In this document: positions 24,520 through 37,897 of the stretch, in pieces
Layout of the letters: each line of letters starts with the position of its first letter
Numbering within the stretch: position 1 is the stretch's first letter
Source of the DNA: Nemertoderma westbladi
Taxonomy: Eukaryota; Animalia; Xenacoelomorpha
DNA length: 64,000 bases
Reading direction: 5' to 3'
Assembly (NCBI GenBank): GCA_032718475.1
Contig: JAUCBJ010007119.1
Span: forward strand, 5,793-69,792
The notes under the pieces: model-generated
Told to the model about the DNA's origin: nothing
The model's database searches: none
What the model saw: the letters and a program-made list of their open reading frames with translations, nothing else
Position numbers and translations under genes: made by a program

Positions 24520-27500
24520 TCACGTTGGGGAGTCCCTAGATGTTTGTTGGATTAGAGAGGTGGTCGTGGGAAGAGTATCTTGCCTTCCATAGTTTCCGGA
24601 AAGTTCTCTGTCTCTTTCCAGTAAACATAAACGACCAACTGGGCGATTGAGCTGCTGCGTCTCGAAGACAATTCCCGGTTTCTTAAAGTTGCCTCGCATG
24701 ACAACGAGTTCTACCGATCGCACCAAACCATCATCCGAGATATGAGTCTCGATGATACGACCTGTCTGCCACCGCTAACGTGGAAGATCTGAATCCACAA
24801 TAAGTACCATGTCTCCTGCGCTCACGTTTTCTTGCTGCGCAAACCACTTAGTTCGAAGTTGTAGCGTGGGCAGATAATGTTTTTCGAAATGGTCAGGGAA
24901 ACGACGGGATAACAACTGCATAAGTTGCCAAGTTTGCCGGCAGTATTCGTCTCCGTCTGTGATTTCCGATCGTGGGAGCATGGCAACAGGTTTCTTCAAT
25001 AGGAAGTGCGCGGGTGTTAGCGCTTCCAGGGAATCGGGACTCGATGAGACTGGCATAAGCGGCCTCTCGTTGAGATAGGCGGCGATTTCCTCCATTAACG
25101 TCCGCAAAAGTTCATCGGTGAGATACGCGCGGCACGGCACTATAAAGTGAAATGCGGTCTTCACGCTCCTGATTAATCTCTCCCAACTTCCTCCCCACCA
25201 AGGGGCGTCGGCGGCGTTGAAGGTCCAGCTAGACGCTGTTACCCTTAGCTGATCGTCCACCTGTCTTTGGTTCCAATCTTTGATGTAAGCTTTGATTTCA
25301 TTGTTGGCACCAATGAAGTTCGTTCCCTTATCAGATCTCATCGTGTTACTAGTTCCAAAGCGAGCGATCTGTCGGCGTAAGCTCAATAGGAAGCTGTTAG
25401 TAGATAAATCGTTCACCATATCGAGATGGATAGCTCTACAAGTCATATAAACAAAGATGACACACCATCTCTTGACTATAGTCCTAGCACGATATACTTA
25501 AATAGGGCCAAATAAATCTACACCGGTATTAGTAAAGGGTGGTTCATAGAAGCTTAATCGTTCCCTAGGTAATTCTGCCTCTCGCTGTGTTAAAGGCCTA
25601 CTGAATGCTTTCCTACAGGGTATGCAGTTCCTAAGAACTTGGTTCAGAGCTCTACGGGGTTTATAAAAATAATAGCGAGTTCGAATTTCGCTAAGAACTC
25701 GTTCTCTACCAGCATGATAAAGTTTGCTGTGAACATCTACAATCATCTTGATTTGTATTTCAAGATTTCTAATGAGTATGGGAAACTTAGTGTCAAAGGA
25801 TAATGGAGCATTAGTTAGTCTTCCTCCAACACGTATTAACCCATCTATCATTGTGTTAGAGAAACGATCCCTTAAGTGCATCTGTGGATTTCTCAACAAC
25901 AGGAAATACTTATCGGAATCCTCATAGCATTGCAGGAGTCTCAGCATCTGCTTATTGGTTTCTTCATGCTCCTGGTCGCTTGCGTCCTTCTGGGCTCCTC
26001 CCCGAGGTGCACCCACGAGGCGGACGCTGTCCCACCACCCTTGGGGCCAGTCTGACTCCGTTTTTATCAGACCGGGCCGGAGGGTAGCCCGATGCTTCCC
26101 GGGTTCAATTTTCAATCCCCCGATCACACCGGCACAGCTCGTCGGTGTAGCCAGATGGTCGGCTACTGTCAACTTACTGTGACCTGACTGTACATTGAGC
26201 CAACTCAGAGAGTCAACCGGCGGGTGGACCAGTCGATAGCGATCGAGCATCAAGGTCGCCCTTGAGCCAAACCGACGGTCTTGTCCCAAGTGGGCTTGCG
26301 CTACCCAACATGGAATTTTGACATGTTTTCACCCGCCTCGCCGGCAGTATTGAGGGAAAGTCAGTTCCGCAAACAATACTGACTAGCTCAAAAGCTAGGA
26401 ACAAGTAACCACTTACCAGTCACTGTACACGTGTACTCAACAGATGTTCACAAATCAAGTACACAATAGTAAACACATAATTGGACACATACCATGCACA
26501 CACAGAGGACATAATCGGGAAAGACGAATGGGTCACAAAATCAGAGGGGACAAAATTGTATCGACTAATAAAAGAGTCGAGAGTACCTTATTTTGCCGTC
26601 AGGGCAAAATAACTTTGTGTGCACAAAGTATGCTGGGGCGCAGTAAAGATATTGTGCTACTAATACCAGCGGCGTCTGGACCAACCGGCAAGGGTTCCCA
26701 TACTCACTCGCAGTGGCCACACATACAATCACGTGTACTCACGCACCCACAGCAACAGAAAGCTCATCTCAGACCCAAACACACCCCAAAGACCAATCAG
26801 CTGAACATGGAGACAATAACATATAGTATCAAAAAAACGGAACAGCTGACGGTCAATGGCACACATCCAAGCCCCAACGCAAGCTAACTGCCACTGGTCG
26901 CCCACATACAAAACACAGTTCACACCATATAACACCACAAATCACGCCATGCCACCACCCCTACTGTGTACAGGACTGGCAGTACGGCAACAGGCCGACT
27001 AGACGGTACCACGGCACCATGTTGATTCATGGTTCGCTAGACACGAGGGCCTTCAGTAACTCCCTTGCACCATAGAAGAGATTTAGTGTGCCCCCAGACC
27101 CTCACGAGTCCGCCGCCGCCTGTTTCAGTCACCCCTATAGAGACCTCACCTCCTTGGGTAACTGATCTTCTCCTTCAGAAACCTGTCGGATATCTTGTAT
27201 TTGGGAAGATCTTTAACAACATGGACCTGCGCAGATGTCAGTGGAGCGGTATCACTAGTGGTCTTCGTCCTGGAGTAGTGATGATGAAAACATCGCTTTA
27301 AATATATAACGGCCTTACAGAGCCGATTCCAGGAACTATAATGATGTATCGCTCTCTGCAGGAGAGGTGAGAGTCCTTGCGAGACATCTGGTATTCCAGA
27401 TTTCCAATCCCTCTCTCTGATTTCCACAACAGACTTATTTGTGGCTGTGGGTTTCGGATCCAAAGCGTCGTCTCCGGAAGTGTGTAGTACAGACAGATCT

Positions 27501-30500
27501 ATCACAGGTTTAAATAACTTCGATTTACTCGCCCGGATTTTAGGTTTTACTTTCTCCGCTCCCTTGGCCTGTCTAATCTCCGCTGTAGTAAGATGAGGAG
27601 GCCATTCATCCTCTTCTTTGCTTAGGAAGTCGGGTCCACCTAACCAGTCTGGAGTATCTATCAGTTCTTGTGGAGTTGCTCCCCTGGAGGCGATGTCTGC
27701 TGGATTAATCGTTCCGGGGCAATGTCTCCATTGATCTATCTTCGTGCGACTAAGTATAATGGCTACTCTGTTGGTAACGAAGACGCTGAACTGACAGACT
27801 TCATTGGTTATATACTCCAACACGAGTAAAGCATCGGTCCAATAGACAGTTTTTTCCAGTGGGTAGTCGATCTGTTCTGTTACATTCCGGCCGATGGCTG
27901 TAGCATATAGAGCCGCCTTTAACTCCGCTCGAGGAACTTTCAACTTGTTGTTTATCAAGGCCTTAGAGGTAACCAAGGCGATCTTAATTCCATCCGGAGT
28001 TTCAACTCTCAGGTAGGCTACTATACCTATTCCCATATCGCTGGCGTCTCCAAACACATGGAGTTGATAGGAATACGTAGGGAGAACATGACCAAAATAT
28101 GAACAGGTAATTATAAAGTTCTCGATGGCTGGTAGAGAATCTTCCCATTTCATCCACTTCCTTAATAGTTCTCCCTTAAGTGGATCGTCCCATGAGTGGT
28201 TTTCAAGCCACATTTGTTGTACTAAACTCCGAGCAATCAATATAACTGGGCTAATAAATCCCAATGGATCGAAATAAGTGCTCAGGATACTTAAACAAAT
28301 CCGTTTAGTCCGAACTGGATTATCTCACTGTTTTAGCTGGAAAAACAGGATATCTCTCTCTGTGTCCCATTTCAAACCAAGTGTCTTGGTTTCTGGAAGA
28401 TCGTCTTTGATCAGGTCTAGATCTTTAACTCCTCGATCTTCTACCGGGATCGATTCCAGAAACTCACGGGAGTTGCTGGTGAATTTAGTTAATCGAAATC
28501 CACCTCTTTTTAAGCACTCTACCGTTCCTTTGGCGACATCAATGGCTTCTTCCACTGATGGGAGGGACTGTAAATTGTCGTCCATGTATATATCCCGTTT
28601 GATGTTGTCGATCACCTCTTTAGAGAAGGCGTCCCGGTTGTCATCAGCAGTGGTTCGCACCACTGAGCAGGCGTTTGAAGGGCTTGAGATGATCCCAAAA
28701 GCCTGGATGGTCATCCAGTACTCCACCAGTTTCTGGTTGAGGTCTCCTTCAGGCCACCACAGAAATCGTAGGCTGTCTCGATCCCTATCCAGCGCCTTGA
28801 CTTGTAAGAACATGCCTTCTATATCAGAGGCGAAAGTGATTGAATATTGTCGTAATCTTAAGAGTATTCCCAACAAGGATTGGAGTAAGTTGGGTCCTGG
28901 CAACAACTCGGAATTAAGGGATTGGCCCATGTAGAGGGCGGAGCCGTCAAATACTACCCGGACTTCATTGGGTTTACCGGGTTTGGGAACATAATGATGT
29001 GTTAGATAGAACGTTCTCTCAGTTATGGGTGTTTCCTCCGGTACTCGCTCCGCATATCCCTTGTTAATAAATTTCTTCAACTGAGTCTTGTACATTTCCT
29101 TAGCTGAAGCATTTGCCGTAAGGCGTCGATGTAGTTGCGCAATTCTTTTCTCCGCCAAGGGTCGGTTGTTTATAAATTTAGGTTCTCGCTTTCGAAATGG
29201 TAGACCGATTTCATATCTACCTTGATCTTTAAGAAAACGTGTAGTTGTCTCCTGGATCTGCTTGGCTCTTTCTTCTTCTACCGATAGGGCCTTATCGTAG
29301 GAATTGTGCTCTACACCCTCTTGAGTAAAGAATCGTACGGCGTGTTCATCCCGAGTCTTCGCGTTGTAGCGATCTATTACGTCATTCAGTTCGTCGTTAT
29401 AGTCGACTTGTCCTGATGGACGAATGAGTTGACATAGGTTCACTTGGTTTTGCCAAGTTTCGTTTTCCGTAAGGAGGTCAATGTTATTCTCCTCGTCGAA
29501 GAGTTGGTGGATATCGTCATTATCTGAGGAGTATGGTGTTCCCTCAGTTGGGTCGTCCACCTCACTGCTCTCCGCTTCCCATTCACTTACTTGGTAGACC
29601 CGTTCTTTGGGTAACCTTTCCATGAGAGTTCTACGGGAAGGGCCAGTAAAGTACCAACCTACTCTAGTTCTTCCCGCATAGGCTTGTAGTGGTTGCGGTT
29701 GAGCAGGCCGTTTCTCCAATGTCTCAAGCACCTCATGCGCATTTTGGCCGATGAGTATTTGCACTCCAGGGTAGTCTGTGTTGAATCTAGGTATCTCAAG
29801 CTGCTGGGTGAAATCGTCCTCCTCCCAGTTATAAGGTTCCACTTGGTTGGTAGCGAAGTTCTTTATCGCCACCATTTTTACTGACCTTATACTGTGTTCT
29901 CCTAGTTCATCCTGGGGGGTGGACAACGCACCTACATAGTAATCTGCAATTACTGTAGATTTCCAAACCTGCATAATTCCTGACATGTTTAACTTAGTTC
30001 GGAACTTGGGTTGTCCAGCAAAGATGTCTTCGGCTAGTTCTTTGTCAATGAATGTTCCTGTGCTGCCGGAGTCAAGAAGGGCATTCACTATATAACTTTT
30101 TCGTGGCCCGTGGACTCTCAACTGCACTACGGGAAATTCTCGGATTCCTACATTTGAAGTTGGTGCTTTCCAAGATGGTTGTCGGTCAGGAGTAGTTAGG
30201 GGGGCTCACTGTCGGTGTCCTTTTCATACGTAAGTGCTCGATACACTGCGGTATTTATTAGGTAACAGGATTCGTTTTTGTCGGAGAATTCGTCCGTATA
30301 GAATCCTTCCATCTCAGAACTTTGGTCAGTGTCGTTCACATCACTGAATTGGACATGTAGTTCGGACTCACTTACCTGACTCGGGCTGTTTCGTTCGAAT
30401 TCAGTGTGCAACAAGATATGATGTTTTGCGCCGCACTTTGCACACCTTGCGTCGGAGTAACAGGTTCGCCGTTGGTGTCCTTGTCTGAGGCAATTATAAC

Positions 30501-33500
30501 ACAACCGCTTATCCCACATGACTTCACGTCTATCCTTTAATGATTTCTTTAGGAATTCATCACACACATTCAAACGGTGGGGCCCGTCACACAGCGCACA
30601 TTTCGGTTTGATGTTACTTACTTTACTTTGAGTAACATTGTGCACACTCATTCTTTCTTCGGGCTTTCTTACATGAATTCTCTTAGGAGACGTAGGAGGA
30701 GTTTTTCTTACCTGTTCTCTCCTGTCATTGATTCGAGACTTGAATTTACTTACGTCTTTAGGCGTTTTGTTGACATAATAAGATCTTTCAGCGTCTTTCC
30801 CGCTGTCCTCTTCTTGAGAAGCCTGGCTTTCGCCATCGTCGGTATAACACACTGGTGTTACCTTTCTCCTAGAAACGGGTTTCTCACTTACCTTATTTTC
30901 CGGTGTCTTCTCTCTGGACTGCTTTAGGAGCTGTAATTTTACTTCTCCATCTAAGAATTACATGAGATCAGCCATGGTAGGGTCTCGTCGTTGTTGTTCC
31001 ATCATATATAACACTTTCTTATCCCAGCGTGTACCTACTCCACCCTTTGGTAAAGTAGAGGCCACGGCTCCAATAACCATAGAACTCTGATATTCATGAG
31101 ACTTACCTAGCCAATCTAATTGTGTACAGATCTCCTGAATCTCATCGGAAAACTCTATAATCCCGCTGCTAATGAACTTTCGGGGCGCTACCAATTTTGC
31201 ATACAAATACCTAGCTATGTTATTCCTATTACCATACCTGATGTTAAGAGTATCCCAAACTTGTCTTAATCCATCTGGATGTCCAATAAACTTTAACGCC
31301 ATTAACTTGGGAGATCCTTCCAAGCACTCGATGAGGAATCTAAGTTTCTCTCCGATAGATAACACAGAGTTCTGTATGTTATCTATGTAATATTCATTAA
31401 AAGGTAACCATTTCATCTCATTTCCATTGAACTTGACGATCTCACCTACCTTTACCACTTGACGGGCTTCGGTTCTAGCCATTTGACACGTAAAACTTTC
31501 TTGGGCCATTGTGTTATTTAATATCGAGCTATCGGTATATAAATTTCTCGGATTATGATCAGGTCTATATGGAATATCATTGTCAACAGGTTTATAATTA
31601 CCCTTAATAGGGTTTACTATAGGAGTTTCTACTTCACTAGCAGTATAGATGCGTGTAGGCTCCACACCTTGCGCATGAAATACTTCAGACCTAACAGGTT
31701 GACACATTGTTACCGGGGTTGGTGGTATACCCCTTTGGGTATTCACCAACCTATCGCGTTCCAATGCGATACTCTGCTGCACCTCTTGCAACTCTAACCT
31801 ACTTTCCCTTACCGTGCCCTTGAACTGCTGAACAGTTCCTTCCATCTCCCGGACCTGCTGAGAGGAGCACTTACGGTGTTCCCTCAACTGCCCGAGCAGA
31901 AGACCCATCTCTCGTCGTCCCTCCTATACCCACTCTACCGCCGAAGCGGGAGCCGCCAACATAGTAGCGGGCGGACGAGGGACAACGGGCAACAAATCAT
32001 TGATATTTCGCTCGGAGTCCAGGACAGGAACCGTCTCAGGGGTTGTTCTGCTGGGCACAGGTAGTTTTGTGCTGTGCAAAGGGAATTTAGAGGTAGGTTC
32101 TGGGAGTACAGGTGTCTCTATCACCGAAGGGGTGGCTTCGAGAACAGGCCTAATTATTTCAGGCTCATCTACTATAGTAGGGAGTCTTTCTATTTTAATA
32201 ATTTGGTCTGTGGGTTCTGTACTACCTAAGTCTGTGCTAGCTAGTTGCCTTCTAACAGCTGGGGGCAAATCAGGCAATTTCTGACGGTGGGACATTCTTC
32301 TACGCCTACTTAGACGAGACCTACTTCCTCCGCCTTCAGGATCGGTGGTATCGCCTTCATCAGAGGATGTAAATCCCTGTCATTTGGGAGTAGATCGACT
32401 CATCATCTGCATTTGACTAGCTGTTAACTGTTTATTTATGCAGTCTTGATTCTCTTGAATATTTTCCAACTCTAGTTGGGTGGTCTCTTCAGATGCTATT
32501 CGTTCCGCTTCTGCCACCGCTATCTTTCTTTCCGCTTCTATTGCTGCAGCTGCCGCTTTTGCCTCTGCCGCTGCTTCTGCCGCCTTTCTTTCCGCTTCTG
32601 CCGCTGCCATTGCCGCTGCTGCTGTCTTTCTGTCTTCTATACGTTTTTTCTTTACTTGTTCTTCTTGGACCCTAGCGATGCGGAGTCTTTCATCAAATTT
32701 AGCTTGGTTCGCAGCTAACATTTCCGCATCGATTGCATCCAACACAAGCTTGGCTCCTTCACTATTAGGGCGAAGTCCAGACAGCCGTCTCCTCAACTCT
32801 TCGTCACCTAGGAATCATTGATAGTCTGACAGATAGATGTCAATAGCGTCTCACCCGCTGGAACCAAGTCTTTACGGCAACTTGCAACGACGTGTCTTGT
32901 CTTCTTTTCGAAGCTTCCTCAAAGGCCGATAGGATTAGTCTGATTCTTAGAATTCTTTCTCTAACTTGATAAAGCAGCTCTTCCTGCTCTTGAGGTCCTT
33001 GGGGTTGTCGAAACAGTTGTTCCTCTAATCGCTCTAAAGAGCTGAAGAATCCCTGTACATATCCTGCTGCCGACCTCTTCCACACAGCTGGATCACTAGT
33101 GTCTTTTGTCACTCCCACCCTGTGTATGTCTTCCCAGGCAGCTTCCGATAAGTCAAACGGGAGTCCGGGTCCGGGGAAGTTCCATTGCGACTCGACAATA
33201 GACTTCAGTTCCTCCCTTGTGTATCCCGCATAACTGTCCTTGGTCGATCGCTTACTTCTCACCCAATCAATTTGGTGTTCCTCCACCGCAATCAATACCC
33301 TAGTGAGTACGGCTGCAGGAAGAATGAGAAGGGGATCCGAATAAACCGCATCTGCCATCTTTGCTCCTCGCTCGGGTGTCAACTCTACAGTATCCGAACT
33401 ACTGGAGCTATCGGGCCGCTGAGAAATAAGTTCTTGGCTAGGGTGTTGCTGCTGTTTAACAGCTGCTTCCTGGTCCCGCTTGACCTGAGCCCGAGTGCCT

Positions 33501-33676
33501 ATGATAGACCTACGGTGTTGGACTAGCCTAGGGTCTGATAGCACTACTGGAGGGATGATCTTTCTTACAGTAGGAGGTGAGTTGAACTTTGGTCTCACAC
33601 GTTCCACACTCCTGTCTGGGTCACAGATGGTTGTATCTAGGAGACTGTCTGACAGGTTTTGCTTTGTGTCAGACAT
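24520..33676 (-). pseudogene. Copy 2 gag-pol polyprotein, fragmented by stops, frameshifts and a group I intron
   Basis: Gag with a triple knuckle (CALC..H..C, CYNC..GH..C, CAKC..HH..LH), protease ALLDSGS, RT YMDD, RNase H VFGDAS...NPADIASRG, integrase HAG..CIPC / GVDLFGP / SDKGTNF / GGSWERLI, and a DUF5641-like tail. Confidence 0.93.
25977..27159 (-). ncRNA. Group I intron (ID-like core, no ORF), 1183 nt, in the RNase H-integrase linker of copy 2
   Basis: The 5' exon ends in U, paired with G in P1 (TCAGTT|ACCC : GGGTGACTGA). P3 is GGCGGGTG/CACCCGCC and P7 is GACTG/CAGTC, with S element AATGTACAGTC. The intron ends in G, and excision restores KISY-QEHEE in frame. Confidence 0.85.
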
Positions 33677-35580
33677 GTTTGTTTGTACAGTTGAATGCCT
33701 ACTGCTATATTACAGTTAAAGCAAGTCTAGTAATTCAGTATCAACTGTTAGCCTAGTAATTAATTACCGATATCGTTACTCAGTGTAACGTGATATATTT
33801 ACAATATATTAGAGTACCGGTATACACTTATAGTATATATATAAGTATTATTACAGACTAGGTTTGTCACAGAATACCGGTATATAATTTCAGCGCAAAT
33901 ATATATAAATATATAATAAGCCTATCGTGAATACCGGTATACAGCTTACACTTATAGTATATATAAGTATAATTATAGACTAGAATTAATTACAGAATAC
34001 CGGTATATAATTTCAGCACAAATATATAGAAATATATAATAAGCCTATCGTGAATACCGGTATATCAATTATTTTAGAATAATTGAATTTCTGAAATTTA
34101 GGGTTACTTGGTTACTTTACTTTACTTTATTACTGTTATTTAAGCAGTAGTCCAACTGACATTAAGACCTAATTGTTGTAAGACAGGCCTACTATTTTAT
34201 AAATCGGTTTGAGTTGATTTATAATATATATACCCGTTTAATGGGTTTTTGTCAATATTTGAAATAAATGTTATTATTTCTGGGAAAGAGTCACTACACA
34301 GAAGCTCTACACTCTCAGTGAAGTGCTACTTGTTGGACACTAAAACAAATAATTCTAATTTACCTAAGTTACTTAATACTACAAATTACGTACAATTACG
34401 GGGTGAGATTACAATCTCTAAATAAACACAAAAAATTACACGTACGAATTTTTTTTTAGGGTAATTTTACTAGAAGTCTACAAGCCAGCCTAACAAAGGG
34501 TTAGAATATCTGGTTCTTACAAACGGACAGGATACTACGGTATTTGAAAGTAATAAAGCAGTAGTAAATATACTGCGTTGTCCAGATAGGAAAAATACCA
34601 CCGTCTGACGACTTATAGCCATAGCGCTATAAGTACTACGTTATGTATCACGGAGTGTTCCTACCTAGAAGTTAATTACCGCGGCCTAACAGAGCCAACG
34701 TGCCTATCAACCACTTTACAACACAAATATACTGCCTACACACTAATTACCTTCGGAAAGCACTGTACACTAAACCCTAAATTAGGTACAAGTACTTATA
34801 CAACAAATAACCAGCAGTTAAAAATACTTGAACAGCTAAATGAACCACGGTATCTGCCGGAGTGACCAACGCATAAAATCTCCAGTCTTTACCTACGCCA
34901 AACAGCCCTGATGTAGTACCGGGGTTAATTTAACTATAACGGTATGGATAACAAGCACAATTACTGTAGGAATAAACTTGGGGGTATGAATGTTGCGAAT
35001 AATCGCATAAACTCTGAATAATAAATATTACGCTACCCTTACAGACTACACAAACAAAATACAGACCAAACGCTGGCAGACTACTATCAAGCCTAAATAA
35101 ACTACAGTATATGCAGACTCCGAAATGGTTAGTTAGTATGCGTTCTAACCGAGTAGTACGACTTATTCTTTCAGGGGGGATTTACCTTACAGCACTGGAT
35201 GCCCACCACTTTCCTAACTAGTACTTTATCGGACATACACTCTACATACACTGCAATCTCTTCAGACTTAACAACAGTCAGACAACAGTCTAGCCTACAA
35301 ATTACCTGTACAATCTGAGCAGGCTTACACGTCTTCTGCTCAATATTAACTTACAAATAAATAAAACTGACAGAAATAGGCCTAAGTAAAATCCCAATAA
35401 AAAACCAGGCGTCCCCGATTAAATATTAAGACCTACCGGTATATAATTATCTAAATCGAATAATATTGCTGTACTTGTACTGCTGTAAGTACCGGTTCGG
35501 GTAGTTAGGCAGTCAGGCCTACTGGTTGCCGGTCGACCAGTACTTTTGCCTTTTTATTGCCTACGTGCAATAAAGAAGCT

Positions 35581-35591
35581 ATAACTGTTAT
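35581..35591 (-). promoter_or_regulatory. Non-tRNA PBS position of copy 2 (ATAACAGTTAT)
   Basis: Abuts the 5' LTR and is complementary to 36318-36328. Confidence 0.6.
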
Positions 35592-36765
35592 TGTTTGCGC
35601 TTTTAGACCTTTAGCAGTTTAACCTGCCAAATTTAGGTGTCTTCTAGGTTATAAATCGACTTTAGCCTATGACGAGTATTTGATACACTACATTAGCCGA
35701 AGCCAGCCTATGCGCGACCATTCACCCGCTGGATATACCCGGGAGACTGGATTCGGAAGCTCTGACCTTATTGCGATGTAGGCCTACTGTATTATTCGAT
35801 TGATCGTTAATATATAATCTCTGACCAATATTATTCACTTTCGGGAAATATTAACAGTTCCTTTAGGACGTGGCGCTCTAAGTATGTAAACAGAGTTATG
35901 ACTTACACTAAACACAACGGGATGGCTATTGATTCACGTATAAAGTGCATTCTTTAGGAGATGCTTTGTTATCTGTCACAGTCATGCACACTACCGCACA
36001 ATGCTGCACACCGATCTGCCGACCTTCACTAATTTTAGACACATATAAAGAGAACAGCAACTGACACATGTAGTGCCTATGAAATAGCATTAGATTCACT
36101 CCAAACCCAATATAATGTAAGTCGTAATTGCTATATGTAACCGGTCTCTTACCTTCAGTATATCAAGAAGATTGGGGTTTTATGATTATTTATCTATATT
36201 ATCCAAATATAACAATATTCCATCAACTGATACAATTAATAACCGACAGTAAATAGCAGTAAAATAATGCGGTGTTTGTAGGTGACAATATGATTTGATT
36301 TGGCAGTTTGTGAATTAATAACAGTTATACGTTTCTATGATCAAAGCCGTTCTAATGTTTGGCTAAAGTCTGAAACACAGAATAATTCCACAGCCGATGT
36401 TCTGGCATCAGGAAAAAAGGTAAACATAAACCATAATGCATTGCGCGATTTCCCGGAGGCTTCTGTACAAATAAAATGAAAATCGCTCTGATTGGTCGAC
36501 CGAACAAAGAACAAAGAAAAAGTTACACGTGTACATATCAGCTGATAGATGTCGTCATCTGAACTTACACTGTACTAAGAGTATTTTGGTGTATTGCGAC
36601 ATAAAATTGCTAGTTATGTCCGCCAAAGTACACATACAGAAGAAATGGCTTTTTATGTCCACTAAAACACCGGTACAGTAAGGAAACGGCTTTTTATGTC
36701 CGTTAAAACACCTACAGAGTACTTTGCGGGGAAAATAACCAGCTAATTCCGCAAAAGCCTTTACA
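35592..36765 (-). repeat. 5' LTR of copy 2
   Basis: Direct repeat of 18031-19204, followed by TSD GGGTA. Confidence 0.97.
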
Positions 36766-36984
36766 GGGTACAGTACGTGTCTAGCCCTTTTAATCTGCAC
36801 CCCCCCCCCCCCACCCTTCCCACCCACCAATACATAACCGCGACATCTACCACCCACGGAAGGGTAGCGCGAACTTATTTCCAATCGCACATTCAATATG
36901 CAAGGCCAGGTGGTTTATAGGAATATAATAAACGCAGTACTCGTTTTCATTATAAGCCTCGTTGCGTTCGTCCTGTTTTGAATT

Positions 36985-37883
36985 TAAATATATTTCTTAA
37001 ACGCAGGCTAGGACGATCTTTATAATAATAATAACTAGGGATGCGATCAATGTGTGAAGCCAGGTGGTTTATATAATAATATAGTCAACGCAATATTCCT
37101 CTTCTTTATAAGCCTCGTTGTGCTCGTCCTGTTTTGTATTTAATTATAGTTCCTAAACGCAGACTGACGATCTTTATAACTACCGATGCGTTCAATAGGC
37201 GCAGCCAGGTATGGTTTATAGGAATATAGTCTATGCAGTACTCGTCTTCATTATATGCCTCGTTGCGCTCGTCGCTCGTCCTGTGTTGTCATAAAATATT
37301 TTTCCTAAACGCAGACTGACGACCTTTATACAGTTATAACTATGCGAAGTTTCGAAACTGTGCGAGTAACTGCTGATACATCTATGTGGAGATATGTGAT
37401 ACAATGCCAACGCATCGTATGCCGATGTAGTAATATCTGAATATGGGTATTGAAATAATATTATATCAATGTACACTCTTAAAATGCAGCAAAAAATTGT
37501 AGCTAATTTCATTGGTTACATATAAAATAATAAAATTATTTTTAAGAACATTAATTTTACTACTTTACAAAAATTCAATTAAAAAATAACCAGACAAATA
37601 CATTGTGGAATAAACTATTTCATATATAAGCCTACACAACAGCCATGCCATGGATAGTATTTATGTTATTATATCTGTCATTTACCTGAGATAGCAATAC
37701 AACATTTATAGTAGAGTCAATAGGAAGTGGAATACAGGAAGGATGGTGGGATGTGGGATTTAAAGAATGCTGTCTGGGCTGGAATAGCAATACTGGTTGC
37801 CTATTACAATTCCTCTCTGGTTAGTCTACAGCCACAACTCCCAGCTAGCTAGCTCCACACCAGCAGAGACTTGACCAATAATC
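36985..37883 (+). repeat. Dispersed repeat, second copy at about 54735-55500
   Basis: Colinear, highly similar sequence from AAATATATTTCTTAAA to GACTTGACCAATAAT. Confidence 0.75.
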
Positions 37884-37897
37884 ATTCCCAGCAACTG

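Larger units (their letters stand above)
18031..36765 (-). mobile_element. BEL/Pao LTR retrotransposon copy 2, structurally complete (18.7 kb) but with disrupted ORFs
   Basis: Two near-identical 1174-bp LTRs (TG...CA) and a 5-bp TSD GGGTA (18026-18030, 36766-36770). Domain order is gag-PR-RT-RH-IN. Confidence 0.97.

Noticed and set aside
25977-27159. Pol inserts as solo LTRs, MITEs, Helentrons or DIRS repeats
   Set aside because: No TG...CA ends, TIRs or TSD. Exon-matched P1, an ordered P3/P7 core and exact frame restoration fit a group I intron much better.
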